A DNA stretch of 64,000 nucleotides. Origin: an uncultured Chloroflexia bacterium. GTDB lineage: Bacteria; Chloroflexota; Anaerolineae; JAAYZQ01. Made by a program: the position numbers and the translations under genes. The notes beneath the pieces are model-generated. The model was given only the letters and a program-made list of their open reading frames with translations. It searched no databases and was not told the DNA's origin. Location of the stretch: contig CAVOXA010000014.1 of assembly GCA_963700285.1 (NCBI GenBank), forward strand, positions 980,410-1,044,409. The letters run 5' to 3'. Of this stretch, positions 18,061 through 28,033 are shown piece after piece (position 1 is the first letter of the stretch; every line of letters starts with the position of its first letter).

Positions 18061-18764
18061 AAAGGGCCGCATTGTGCCTTGCCCTCGCGCTTCTCGCCGC
18101 CGCTACGCTCTGTGTTTTAGCCTCACTGGCGCTACGAGCCTGGGTGATACAACGGCAGAAAGATCAGATCTACCTCCATGTCGGCGATGCGCCAGCCACG
18201 CCCGTGGCCATCGTATTTGGTGCCGGATACTGGCCTGGCGGACGGCTGAGCAACGCCTTGGCCGACCGCATGGAGACAGCCATCAGTCTCTATCAGGCGG
18301 GCAGGGTCAACAAACTACTGCTGACGGGTGACAACCGGTTTGTGAACTATAACGAACCGGCGGTGATGGCAGACTATGCGCTGGATCGAGGCATTCCATC
18401 TAAAGACCTGGTATTGGACTATGCCGGACGGCGTACCTACGATAGCTGCTACCGGGCCGATGCGATCTTTGGCATAAAAAAGGCGACGCTGGTCACCCAG
18501 GCATTTCACCTGCCCAGGGCCCTGTACACCTGCGAGCGTTTGGGGCTAGAGGCGGTGGGTGTGGTGGCTGACCAGCGTACCTATCAACGCGCCACCTGGT
18601 TCAGCCTGCGGGAGGTACTGGCCCTGGTGCGCGCCTGGTTCGATCTGAACCTGCTCCAGCCACTTCCGGTATTGGGTGACCCGATTCCCATAGACTGGGA
18701 CAATCGCGCAGGTGCTGCAGAGCCACAGCCAAAAACCAGCACGGCATTAAGCACGTACGGTTAG
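18057..18764 (+). CDS. SanA/YdcF (DUF218/ElyC) family protein
   Basis: N-terminal TM; AIVFGAG, LLLTGDN, YNEP, LDYAGRRTYDSC, VTQAFHLPRA, RE motifs. Confidence 0.9.
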   Translation: MKRAALCLALALLAAATLCVLASLALRAWVIQRQKDQIYLHVGDAPATPVAIVFGAGYWPGGRLSNALADRMETAISLYQAGRVNKLLLTGDNRFVNYNEPAVMADYALDRGIPSKDLVLDYAGRRTYDSCYRADAIFGIKKATLVTQAFHLPRALYTCERLGLEAVGVVADQRTYQRATWFSLREVLALVRAWFDLNLLQPLPVLGDPIPIDWDNRAGAAEPQPKTSTALSTYG

Positions 18765-18789
18765 TGTAATCCATTGAGGAGCAAAGACC

Positions 18790-20265
18790 ATGCATAGCAA
18801 TCACAATCGACTCACCATCGCTAGACCCAGGACCCGTAGCGCCGTACTCGTGGCAGCACTCCTGGTGCTGCTTTTGGCCGGTCCATTGGTCCTGGCGGCC
18901 AGTCCGGCTGAGCTGGGTCCCAGATCAGTCCAAGCGGATCAGACCCCGCCCAGCCTGGCCCTATCCGTGGAAGACGAGGGTCCGGTGGCGTACTCGGCTT
19001 TCTTGCCCGCCGTCAAAAGTGCCATCAAGTCCCCTCGCCCCATCATCGTGCACTTTGCGGCCACTCCACCTCACGTCGACAATGGGGGCAGTACAACCCT
19101 GAGCTGGAACATCCGTAATACCGTCGACACGCTGACCCTGGAGCCAGGCAGCCTTGACGTTACGGGTCGCGAAAGCACTGTCGTATCACCCGGCGAGACA
19201 ACGGCCTATATCCTCACGGCCATGAACCAGGCGGGTACCACGGCAGCAAGAACCATCGTCACAGTCGGAAAGCCAGTGATCGCGAGCTTTACAGCATCCC
19301 CAACGCTGATCTACCAGAATGGCCAGGCCACCCTTAGTTGGTCCATTCTTGGCCGGGTGGATAGGCTTACCCTTGAACCCGGCATTGGAGACGTCACAAA
19401 TCAAAGCCAGTTCACTGTCTCGCCCAGCCAGGACACCGTTTACACCCTTACTGCCTACAATCCTGCTGGTAGCGATACGGCTCAGGTTGGGGTCACCGTC
19501 GCTCCGCCCCCAGAGATCACCAGTTTTGAGGCAGACGCAGAAGCCATCAACGAGGGAGACGATGCGATGTTAACCTGGACGATCTCCGGTACGGCTCAAA
19601 GCCTGATTCTGGAGCCAGGCCACACAGACGTGATGGGACTGGACCATCTGAGCGTCACACCCACCGAGACCACGACCTATACCCTGAGCGCTGCAAACGG
19701 TTCTGGAAGCGACGTGGCAACGACCCTTGTCAGGGTCAGCCCGGAGACCGAGCTGCTGGTATTCGACTGGAACAAACCCGTCGAAAAAAGTGATAGTGGA
19801 TTCCCAGGCGAGGATCCGACGGGCGCGGCCAACGGCAACTGGACCCATCCTCCAAATTTCGCTGAGGGGACCTACTACTTTCGCGTAGAGATCCACAGCC
19901 AACCTGTCCCCAAGGAGATGCAGGTACAGTACTGTGTCTGGCAAAAGATTTCAGGAGAAGAGGAACAGCGCGAGTCGTGTGGGGACCGAGCGGAGCTAAG
20001 GGGCGACCCTGGCGCGAAAGCCACCTGGTACGAAGCCATCGAGGACATGTGGACCAAGGCCCTGCCAATTAACTATGCAGTGGCGAGGAGCAGACATGGT
20101 GCAGTGATTAGAAACGAACACGGGAATCCAGTCAGCGGCAAGCAGGGTTGGGACTGGTATGGCGAGATCCCCGAAGAATGGTATCCTCTGGATTGGCGCT
20201 TCACCGTGGTCGTCGTCGCCAAGGGCGAGACATTCTCTGGCTGGGGAAACTACCTCGAACCCTAG
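18790..20265 (+). CDS. Secreted protein with three Ig/PKD-like repeats and a Trp-rich C-terminal domain
   Basis: Signal peptide; 3x IxxFxA....G...TL(S/T)W.I....LEPG..DV...VSP..T.Y.L.A.N repeats; GAGGAG SD. Confidence 0.75.
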   Translation: MHSNHNRLTIARPRTRSAVLVAALLVLLLAGPLVLAASPAELGPRSVQADQTPPSLALSVEDEGPVAYSAFLPAVKSAIKSPRPIIVHFAATPPHVDNGGSTTLSWNIRNTVDTLTLEPGSLDVTGRESTVVSPGETTAYILTAMNQAGTTAARTIVTVGKPVIASFTASPTLIYQNGQATLSWSILGRVDRLTLEPGIGDVTNQSQFTVSPSQDTVYTLTAYNPAGSDTAQVGVTVAPPPEITSFEADAEAINEGDDAMLTWTISGTAQSLILEPGHTDVMGLDHLSVTPTETTTYTLSAANGSGSDVATTLVRVSPETELLVFDWNKPVEKSDSGFPGEDPTGAANGNWTHPPNFAEGTYYFRVEIHSQPVPKEMQVQYCVWQKISGEEEQRESCGDRAELRGDPGAKATWYEAIEDMWTKALPINYAVARSRHGAVIRNEHGNPVSGKQGWDWYGEIPEEWYPLDWRFTVVVVAKGETFSGWGNYLEP

Positions 20266-20362
20266 ACCTGCCTGACTGATCCCGTAGGGCTCGTCTGTGC
20301 TTGACAGAGTCACCGCAGACCTCTGCCGAAAGAGCCAAAGGGGTACTCAGTAACAGATACTA

Positions 20363-20396
20363 CAAGGCCCGCTTGCCGTCTGGTAAGCGGGCCTTG
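20363..20396. terminator. Hairpin between convergent genes, probable bidirectional terminator
   Basis: CAAGGCCCGCTTGCC-GTCT-GGTAAGCGGGCCTTG. Confidence 0.7.
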
Positions 20397-20430
20397 ATGG
20401 TCGATAGTCATGCTCGAGTACAAGTACGGA

Positions 20431-21732
20431 TCAAGCCGTCTCCTGGAGTTCTTTGTCCTCCCAGGGTACCGAGTGACCCGACTGTGTCAAAAGCAAGGGG
20501 CGCACATTGCGCTGGATGCTGTCCGCGCTCACTACGCACTTGACCACATCTGAACGGGAAGGGATCTCGTACATCACGTCCAGCAACGTCTCCTCGATGA
20601 TGGTCCGCAGGCCTCGCGCCCCTGTCTTGCGCCCGATGGCCAATTTGGCGGCAGCCTCCAGAGCGTCGTCGGTAAAGACCAACTCCACACCATCCAACTC
20701 CAGCATGCGGTTGAACTGCTTGACGAGGGCATTCTTGGGCTTGGTCAGGATGGCGATCATGGCCGCTTGATCCAAGGGCTCGATGCTGACCGTCACAGGC
20801 AGCCGCCCCACCAGCTCGGGAATGAGGCCAAACGTCATCAGATCGTCGGGTGTGATCTCACGGAAAAGCTCCGCTGCGGTCATCTCCCGCTGGCGACGCC
20901 CTTCTTGGCCAGAGGCGAAACCCAACTGCCCCCTGGTCCCGATCCGCTCAGCGATGATCTGGTCCAGTCCCTCAAAGGTACCGCCGCAGATGAACAGGAC
21001 ATCCGTCGTGTTGACCTGGATGAATTCCTGCTGCGGATGTTTCCGCCCACCATGTGGGGGCACATTCACATCTGCTCCCTCAACGATCTTGAGCAGCGCC
21101 TGTTGAACGCCTTCACCCGAGACATCACGGGTAATGCTGGGGTTATCACCCGACTTCCGGCCCGTCTTGTCGATCTCGTCAATGTAGATGATGCCCTTTG
21201 CTGCTCGCTCAACGTCATAGTCGGCTGCCTGCAGCAGGCCAAGGAGGATCGTCTCCACGTCCTCGCCCACGTACCCGGCTTCGGTAAGCGCTGTGGCATC
21301 GGCGATGGAGAAAGGGACATCGAGGATCCGGGCCAGTGTTTGGGCCAACAGGGTCTTGCCGCAACCAGTGGGGCCCATGAGCAGGATGTTACTCTTTTGC
21401 AGCTCCACGTCGTCCACGGCAGAGCCGGCATGGATCCTCTTGTAGTGATTGTACACAGCCACCGACAGGACCTTTTTTGCGCGTTCCTGCCCGATGACAT
21501 ACTCACCCAGTCGCTCAAATATCTCTTGAGGAGGCGGAAGCTTTGACATGCCACCTATGGCATTGTCCTGCTCCTCCTGCAGCTTTTCTTCCTGCAGGAT
21601 TTCGTCACAGAGTGCCACGCATTCGTCACAGATATAGACGTCATCAGGACCGGCAATCAGCCGGTCCACCTCCTCATGGCTCCTGTGACAGAATGAACAG
21701 ATCTTTGCGTCCGACCTCTGCCCTTGCCCCAT
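20431..21732 (-). CDS. clpX: ATP-dependent Clp protease ATP-binding subunit ClpX
   Basis: CSFC..ICDEC Zn finger, [34 protein letters not shown]. Confidence 0.98.
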   Translation of the reverse strand: MGQGQRSDAKICSFCHRSHEEVDRLIAGPDDVYICDECVALCDEILQEEKLQEEQDNAIGGMSKLPPPQEIFERLGEYVIGQERAKKVLSVAVYNHYKRIHAGSAVDDVELQKSNILLMGPTGCGKTLLAQTLARILDVPFSIADATALTEAGYVGEDVETILLGLLQAADYDVERAAKGIIYIDEIDKTGRKSGDNPSITRDVSGEGVQQALLKIVEGADVNVPPHGGRKHPQQEFIQVNTTDVLFICGGTFEGLDQIIAERIGTRGQLGFASGQEGRRQREMTAAELFREITPDDLMTFGLIPELVGRLPVTVSIEPLDQAAMIAILTKPKNALVKQFNRMLELDGVELVFTDDALEAAAKLAIGRKTGARGLRTIIEETLLDVMYEIPSRSDVVKCVVSADSIQRNVRPLLLTQSGHSVPWEDKELQETA

Positions 21733-21743
21733 GCGGTATTCTC

Positions 21744-22391
21744 CTACGCCTCCGCCTGATCTGCGTCATCCTCATCGACCTGCTCCTCATCCGAGGCCTG
21801 GGCATCTGAACTGAGCACTTCGTCGATCAGACCGTATGCCACTGCCCGATGGGCATCCATGAAAAAGTCCCGGTCAAAGTCCTCACCGATCTTTTCTACG
21901 GTCTGGCCTGTGTGCTCCGCCAGGATATGGTGTAGCAGATCCTGCATCCGCTTCAGCTCTTTGTACTGGATCTCTACATCCGGTGCATAACCTCGCGCAC
22001 CGCCTCCGGCCGGATGCATGTGGATGGTTGCATGGGGCAGGGAAAAGCGCCGCCCCTTTTTACCCGCTGCCAGCAGTACCGTACCGAGGCTGGCCGTCCA
22101 GCCCACGGCGATGGTCGAGATCGGCGCCCGCAACATCTGCATCGTATCATAGATCGCCAGGCCAGGATAGATCTCCCCACCCGGCGAATTGATGAACATC
22201 TGGATCTCTTTATCAGGATTCTCTCGATCAAGAAACAGCAACTGGGCCACGATCAGGTTGGCCACCTGGTCATTGATAGGTGATCCGAGAAAGACAACCC
22301 GCTCCTTGAGCAGAAGCGAAAAGATGTCATAGGCACGTTCACCACGACCTGTCGTCTCGATCACCATCGGGATCAAGCTATTCGGCATCAC
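21744..22391 (-). CDS. clpP: ATP-dependent Clp protease proteolytic subunit
   Basis: [25 protein letters not shown] (Ser), MH (His), DRD (Asp). Confidence 0.96.
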   Translation of the reverse strand: MMPNSLIPMVIETTGRGERAYDIFSLLLKERVVFLGSPINDQVANLIVAQLLFLDRENPDKEIQMFINSPGGEIYPGLAIYDTMQMLRAPISTIAVGWTASLGTVLLAAGKKGRRFSLPHATIHMHPAGGGARGYAPDVEIQYKELKRMQDLLHHILAEHTGQTVEKIGEDFDRDFFMDAHRAVAYGLIDEVLSSDAQASDEEQVDEDDADQAEA

Positions 22392-22504
22392 AAAAACCTC
22401 CTAAAATTCGACGTGAGGGGCTGGCGGGCCCGAGTGCACCGGCCACTCCAGGTTCTCAGCCTCCAAGAACCCATTCTAACCCCTGGTTGGGCAGAAATCT
22501 GTAA

Positions 22505-22610
22505 GATGCCGCCCAGTCAGAACTGATGCCGCCCAGTCAGAACTGGGTCCGCCCAGTCAGAACTGGGTCCGCCCAGTCAGAACTGGGTCCGCCTAGTGGG
22601 AACCAAGTCC
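22505..22610. repeat. Tandem array of 20-bp units, most containing a hairpin
   Basis: GCCCAGTCAGAACTG(GGT/ATG)CC at 22511, 22531, 22551 and 22571, plus a degenerate copy at 22591; no spacers. Confidence 0.95.
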
Positions 22611-22624
22611 GGCGCCAATGCGAC

Positions 22625-24103
22625 TCAGTCTTCCTGGTCGCTTTCGGGCTCTTTGACAAGCTCCAGCTCTTCATCGCCTTCCAACACCAGCACTGCGGGT
22701 TCCTCAGCATCAGCCGTTTCGACGGGATCAAGCTCAGCTTCTGCTTCCACCATCGCATCTGCCTCCGCACCGACAGGCGACTCTTCTCCAACCTCATCTG
22801 GGTCGGCAACTTCCAGGGGGGGAGCCTCACCCTTGGCGATCTGAACGATCCTCTCCTGAGCCTTGTGTGTCATCAGGTCGTCGGCTATCATAAAGCGGCC
22901 GCCGGGGCTTTCAAGCGTTTCCCGCATCTCTTCCTCCTGAGAGCCCATTCTCTCAAGAATGCGCTCGATTTCGGCCTCAATATCGCCGTCCTCGACCTGG
23001 AGGTTCTCAACCTTGACAATCTCGCCCAGCACCAATCGCTTTTTCAGGCGTTCCTCGGCGGCGGGGGCCAGATCTTCCTTATAGGCTTCGCGCGTCTTAC
23101 CCAGCATTCCCAGGTAGGTGTCAAGTTGGATCCCCGAGGAGGCCAGGTTGTTCTCCATCTGGTTTAGGGCGGCCTCGGCCTCCCGGTCGACCGCCTGGGG
23201 CGGATACTCGAGGGTGGGTGCGGCTTCAATGAATGCATCCAGCGCTGCGTCAAGGTACTGCCTCTCGGCTTTCTGCAGGGCTTGGGTCTCCATCTGCTCC
23301 CGCACACCAGCCGTCAGATCTTCCAAAGTATCATAATCCCCGACAAGCAGGGCCAGGTCATCGTCAAGGGACGGGAGATCCTTCTCCTTGATCGAGTGCA
23401 GGTGGACCGTGACAGCCGCTTCCTTACCTGCGGCGTCCAGGGCGTCATCGTCCTCGGGTACAGTCAAGGTGAATGTCTTGTCCTCCCCGGTCGACATACC
23501 GACGACCTCCTCGTGGAAGCCGGGCAGCGGATAGGCGACATCGGCCTGAAGGAGCATCTCATACTCCTGGTTATTCATGATCTCCACTTCGCCAGCCACG
23601 CCATGCATGTCCAGTACGACCTGGTCGCCTATGGCAGCCGGTCGCTGTACCGGCACCCACTGTGCATGTTCTTGCTGAAGGCCAGCCAGGTACGCATCGA
23701 TCTGTTCTTCGGTAACAGGCTCGACCTCATAGGGGACTCGCACAGAACGATAATCGCCCAGATCCACCTCTGGCGGGATAGGCAGCAATACCGTCATCCG
23801 AAAGGGATCCCACTCCACGTCCTGCAACTCACCCACCTGGTAAGGTTCGTACTCGATCTCTTCTATCGCTTCTTCATATAGTTGCTGGCCCCAGTCATCA
23901 ACGGCCTGCTGTTGAATTGCCTCCCGGCCAAATGCACGGACCACGGCCGCGAACGGAGCCTTGCCCCGCCGGTATCCAGGAACAGTGAACTGGCGCGATA
24001 TCGTGCGCGCAGTTTGGCGCAGTCTTTTGTCGGTCTCAGCGGCATCCAACTCAATGATGACGTTGACCTGACAGTCTTCCAGTCGCTCGGTTGTGACTTC
24101 CAT
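22625..24103 (-). CDS. tig: Trigger factor
   Basis: VPGYRRGKAP ribosome-binding motif, FKBP-like middle, acidic tail; tig-clpP-clpX order. Confidence 0.96.
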   Translation of the reverse strand: MEVTTERLEDCQVNVIIELDAAETDKRLRQTARTISRQFTVPGYRRGKAPFAAVVRAFGREAIQQQAVDDWGQQLYEEAIEEIEYEPYQVGELQDVEWDPFRMTVLLPIPPEVDLGDYRSVRVPYEVEPVTEEQIDAYLAGLQQEHAQWVPVQRPAAIGDQVVLDMHGVAGEVEIMNNQEYEMLLQADVAYPLPGFHEEVVGMSTGEDKTFTLTVPEDDDALDAAGKEAAVTVHLHSIKEKDLPSLDDDLALLVGDYDTLEDLTAGVREQMETQALQKAERQYLDAALDAFIEAAPTLEYPPQAVDREAEAALNQMENNLASSGIQLDTYLGMLGKTREAYKEDLAPAAEERLKKRLVLGEIVKVENLQVEDGDIEAEIERILERMGSQEEEMRETLESPGGRFMIADDLMTHKAQERIVQIAKGEAPPLEVADPDEVGEESPVGAEADAMVEAEAELDPVETADAEEPAVLVLEGDEELELVKEPESDQED

Positions 24104-24196
24104 CTTTCTACCTACCTCTCTTGTCTGGTCGCGTTATGGTGCGTATTATACCTCACATCATAGGACACCACAAATAGTATGAATGAATACGCCTGG

Positions 24197-24225
24197 TTGA
24201 CAGCCAGGTCCAGGTATGCTACAAT
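24197..24225 (+). promoter_or_regulatory. Strong sigma70-type promoter for the three-gene operon
   Basis: TTGACA-N17-TACAAT with extended TG. Confidence 0.8.
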
Positions 24226-24409
24226 TCGGCCGCCCAGCTGCTGGGCTGGTTTGTCATGTACACTGCTTTTCCAACCTGCATTTCGACCAATCGGTGGACA
24301 AGGTGGCCACCCATAGGAGGCGCACGCTGTAGGATCGGGCGCCGTCGCACAGTGGCTTCAATCTCGGACCTTTTCGAAAAGGATTCCCCAGAAATCAGGG
24401 AGATTTCGC

Positions 24410-24991
24410 TTGGAACACCCGAAAGTTAGAGACAACCGGAGTAACCGGCTCATCTTTCTCAGCCACTGTTGCCTAAATCAGAACGCCAAGGTACGCGGAA
24501 TAGCCGAGTACCCCGGCGCCATCCAGCCATTGATTGAGCTGCTTCTGGAACAAGGAGTGGGCATGTACCAGATGCCATGCCCCGAAATGACCTACCTGGG
24601 CGCCATGCGCTGGGGCGCGGTCAAGGATCAGTACAACAACCCTATGTTCCGGCGACACTGCCAGCGTCTGGCCGAAGAGGTCGTCGACCAGGCGGAGAAC
24701 TATATCCAGTGCGGTTACCAGGTCCTCGGCTTTGTAATGATGGATGGTAGCCCGGTCTGCGGCTTAAAGCGGACGCCCCGCCCCAAGGACCCTGATGTGA
24801 TGTGGGGTGGAATGGCCTGGTACGTTCCCGAATCCGAGTACGTTCCCGGCAAGGGCAATTACTGCGAGGTCCTGCAGGCAGAACTAGCTCGGCGGGGCCT
24901 CGACACGATTCCCTTTGTCGCTTCGCCCGAGTTTGACGAGGTTGGCACGATGGAAGAGTCTTTGCGCCAGATCAAAGAGTTGCTGGGTTAG
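24410..24991 (+). CDS. TudS/DUF523-related putative [4Fe-4S] desulfidase
   Basis: SHCCLNQN, QMPCPE, DGSPVCG match the SxCL..CPE..SPSCG Cys pattern; TTG start. Confidence 0.75.
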   Translation: MEHPKVRDNRSNRLIFLSHCCLNQNAKVRGIAEYPGAIQPLIELLLEQGVGMYQMPCPEMTYLGAMRWGAVKDQYNNPMFRRHCQRLAEEVVDQAENYIQCGYQVLGFVMMDGSPVCGLKRTPRPKDPDVMWGGMAWYVPESEYVPGKGNYCEVLQAELARRGLDTIPFVASPEFDEVGTMEESLRQIKELLG

Positions 24992-25029
24992 CGCTTCGGT
25001 GCGCAGCCCTGCACCAGCCAGGAGGATCC

Positions 25030-26064
25030 GTGAACTCTCTGGAAAGGCTCATCGCCTCGGGCAATGGAGAACCGCTGGACTGCGTCCCCGTGGCGCCCGG
25101 TATTGGGCACTATGCGGCCGTCAAGGCCGGGTACCCGATGACCCAGGTTGCCTTTGACCCGAAATTGATGGCCACTGTGGTCATCCAATCGGTCGAGAGG
25201 CACGGGCATGATAGCTGCAGCCCCATCACGGATTATGGCCTGGGCCCCGAAAGCATGGGCAGCAGGTCCGTCATCGGTGACTGGCAGCAGACCTACGTGG
25301 ACGAGTTTGCCGTCCAATCCCCTGCGGATGTCGCCCGGCTCACACTTCCAGATCCGTATAAAGATGGACGCATGCCAGTCATCCTGGAATGCGAGCAGAT
25401 TCTGGTTGAGACGCTGGGGGATCGGGTCGGCGTAAACGGCGGGCTGTCCGGGCCGCTGTCTTTTGCCGCCAATCTACGCGGCCCGCAGCAGATCCTGTAT
25501 GACATGCTTGACCATCCCGAAACAGTCCACGACCTGCTGGCGATTTCCCTGGAGGCGACAACGTCATTCGCTGTAGCTCAGGTACTTCGGGGAGGCGTCA
25601 AAACGGTCAACATCTATGAGCCCATGGCCGCAATGATCTCGACGCCCATGGTGGAAGAATTCTCCTTTGCCTACCTGGAGCCGTTGATCCGTCGTGTCAA
25701 GAGCTTGGATGCCCTCGTTCTACTGCACATCTGCAACGATACGACCAGGCTTTTGAACCGCATGGTTGAGATTGGTGCGGACATCCTGAGCCTGGACGTT
25801 CAAGTAGACCTGACCCACGCAAAAAAAGTGGTCGCGGGACGGGCATCGATATCGGGCAACGTGGCCACCAACCATCTGGCGATGTCGACGCCGGAGGAGA
25901 TCTATTTGGAATCGTGCCGCTGCATAGAAAAGGGAGCCGATGGCGGGCGTTTCACCCTGAGTTCCTCGTGTGAGGTGCCCCTTGAGACACCGCCCGAGAA
26001 TATTGATGCCATGGTTCGCGCTGCCCGCACATTTGGGGCGCAGTACCTACGACAGCACGAGTAA
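25030..26064 (+). CDS. Uroporphyrinogen decarboxylase / MtaA-CmuA (MT2) methyltransferase family protein
   Basis: DPYKDGRMP, GPLS.A..LRG, LHIC Zn motif, ISGNV, LSSSCEVP..TPPENIDAM. Confidence 0.85.
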   Translation: MNSLERLIASGNGEPLDCVPVAPGIGHYAAVKAGYPMTQVAFDPKLMATVVIQSVERHGHDSCSPITDYGLGPESMGSRSVIGDWQQTYVDEFAVQSPADVARLTLPDPYKDGRMPVILECEQILVETLGDRVGVNGGLSGPLSFAANLRGPQQILYDMLDHPETVHDLLAISLEATTSFAVAQVLRGGVKTVNIYEPMAAMISTPMVEEFSFAYLEPLIRRVKSLDALVLLHICNDTTRLLNRMVEIGADILSLDVQVDLTHAKKVVAGRASISGNVATNHLAMSTPEEIYLESCRCIEKGADGGRFTLSSSCEVPLETPPENIDAMVRAARTFGAQYLRQHE

Positions 26065-26119
26065 ACTGCAGCCATAGCCGATTTGAAGGTCAATCACAGT
26101 CAAGAAACCAAGAATAGGA

Positions 26120-27886
26120 GTGGAAATGGACAAGCACTTGCTTCGAGTAGCGATGGGAAAGGAACCCGCCGATCTGGCCATTACCAACGGTCAGATCGTC
26201 AATGTGTACAGCGGTGAGATCTATCTCGGGGGCGTTGCCATCGCGGGAGATAGGATCGCAGCGGTCGGAGACATCGGGTATGCCATAGGCGAGACGACAA
26301 AAATCATCGACGCCGGGGAAAAGTATTTGACGCCTGGGTTCATCGATGGCCACATTCACCCAGAGAGTGCGAACCTGAGCATCTCCCGTTTTGCCGAGAT
26401 TGTCCTGTGCCACGGCACAACGAGCGTATTTTCGGACTTTCATGAGATCGGCGTCGTGGGTGGCATGGACGCCATGAACGCCGCGCTGGAGGAAGCGGAA
26501 CAGACGCCGCTCAAGTACCACTGGGTGGTACCCTCCCATATTCCCTTCTCCCCTGGGCTGGAAACGAGTGGGGGGTCCATCAATGCCGAGATAATCGAAG
26601 AAGCACTGGCGCGTGAGGAAGCGGTCGGTCTCTCCGAGGTTGTCTCCCTGTACATCGCCATGGAGCATCCTGACCTGATGAAATCCATCGACGCGACACG
26701 CAGACAGGCCAAGGTCGTCTCTGGTCATGGTCCCGAGACCAGTGGCCCCCTCTGGAATGCATTCGTCGCGGCCGGTACGACCAATGATCATGAATCATTG
26801 TCAGAAGAGGAGATCCTGCTGAGGGTCAGGACCGGCGTGCATGCCCAACTCCGGCACAACCTGATCGTACCCACGCTGCCGCCAATGATCAAGGCAGTGA
26901 CAGAGAATGACATCAATACCCAGATGATCAGCCTCTGCACGGACGATACCACGGCGGTGATGCTGGCTTTCGAGGGCCACATGGATTACCTGGTACGCCT
27001 GGCACTGGAACTGGGAGTCGATTTTATCACGGCGATCCAGATGGTCACAATCAACGCGGCCCAGGCTTTCCACAAGGATTTTGAGATTGGCTCTCTGGCG
27101 CCCGGACGCTACGCCGACGTCAACATTGTTGACGGCCCAGAAGACTTCAAAGTCCTCCAGACAGTCGCCGGAGGAGAGCTGGTAGCAAAAGACCTACGGC
27201 TGGTACAGCCAATCCCTTTGGCCGATCACAAACCCATTCTCATGGATACTTTCCATCTAAAGGCGCCCATCACGTCCGAAGAGTTGGTGATCCCGGCCCA
27301 ACCTGGCGCCAACAGCGCCCACATGCACATCATGCGCACGCTCCCCTGGGTTCCTATCACAGAGGGCGGCGAGGCTGATCTTCCGGTAAAGGATGGGTAC
27401 ATCGCCGCGGATATCAAGCAAGACCTGATTCACATCGCCGTTATTGAACGGCACCATGCTACTGGCAACATTGGAAAGGCGTTCCTGGGTGGCATGGGCT
27501 TGAAGCGCGGGGCGATGGCATCGAGCATCGGCCACGATCATCACAACATCGTCGTGATGGGCGTGGAGCCGACAGACATGGCTTTTGCCGCCAACCGTGT
27601 GGTGGAAATACAGGGCGGCATCGTTTTGGTTGAGAATGGTCAGGTAATCGAAGAGATTGCCTTGCCCATCCTCGGCCTGTTGACCGACCTGGACGCCTGG
27701 ACGCTGGCTGAAAAACGCCAGACTCTCCTGGACAAAGCCCGTGAGATGGGGTGTGGTGTCTCGGATGCCTTTATGTTCCTGTCTTTCATTACACTGGCGG
27801 CGATCCCAGCGTTTGCCATCACGGACAAAGGTTATGTCGATGTGATGAAGCAGGAGATCATCGACCCGGTTTTGGATTGGGCCTGA
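26120..27886 (+). CDS. ade: Adenine deaminase family protein
   Basis: PGFIDGHIHPES, GH.P, DHE, CTDD, IERH..TG, SIGHDHHN; two-domain Ade architecture. Confidence 0.9.
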   Translation: MEMDKHLLRVAMGKEPADLAITNGQIVNVYSGEIYLGGVAIAGDRIAAVGDIGYAIGETTKIIDAGEKYLTPGFIDGHIHPESANLSISRFAEIVLCHGTTSVFSDFHEIGVVGGMDAMNAALEEAEQTPLKYHWVVPSHIPFSPGLETSGGSINAEIIEEALAREEAVGLSEVVSLYIAMEHPDLMKSIDATRRQAKVVSGHGPETSGPLWNAFVAAGTTNDHESLSEEEILLRVRTGVHAQLRHNLIVPTLPPMIKAVTENDINTQMISLCTDDTTAVMLAFEGHMDYLVRLALELGVDFITAIQMVTINAAQAFHKDFEIGSLAPGRYADVNIVDGPEDFKVLQTVAGGELVAKDLRLVQPIPLADHKPILMDTFHLKAPITSEELVIPAQPGANSAHMHIMRTLPWVPITEGGEADLPVKDGYIAADIKQDLIHIAVIERHHATGNIGKAFLGGMGLKRGAMASSIGHDHHNIVVMGVEPTDMAFAANRVVEIQGGIVLVENGQVIEEIALPILGLLTDLDAWTLAEKRQTLLDKAREMGCGVSDAFMFLSFITLAAIPAFAITDKGYVDVMKQEIIDPVLDWA

Positions 27887-27963
27887 CCAGGCGTGCCCCA
27901 TGGCCGCCAAAGCTGTCAGGCAAGTCCCATCCTGGCAGAAAAAGCAAGGGCATAGCAAAGGGA

Positions 27964-27992
27964 CTCACCTCAAACGCAGAATTTGAGGTGAG
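27964..27992. terminator. Hairpin between convergent genes
   Basis: CTCACCTCAAA-N7-TTTGAGGTGAG. Confidence 0.6.
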
Positions 27993-28033
27993 CCCCTTGA
28001 ATAGCAGGCTCAGATTTCTGTACTTCCCCATCG

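Noticed and set aside
22505-22610. CRISPR array
   Set aside because: The 20-bp units are contiguous with no unique spacers, and no cas genes are present
24104-24409. tRNA upstream of tig, or a known purine riboswitch
   Set aside because: No cloverleaf or T-loop GTTCRA pattern and no recognisable aptamer consensus
25030-26064. True hemE uroporphyrinogen decarboxylase
   Set aside because: It lacks the N-terminal WxMRQAGR motif and has the HxC/C Zn ligands of the MT2-like branch
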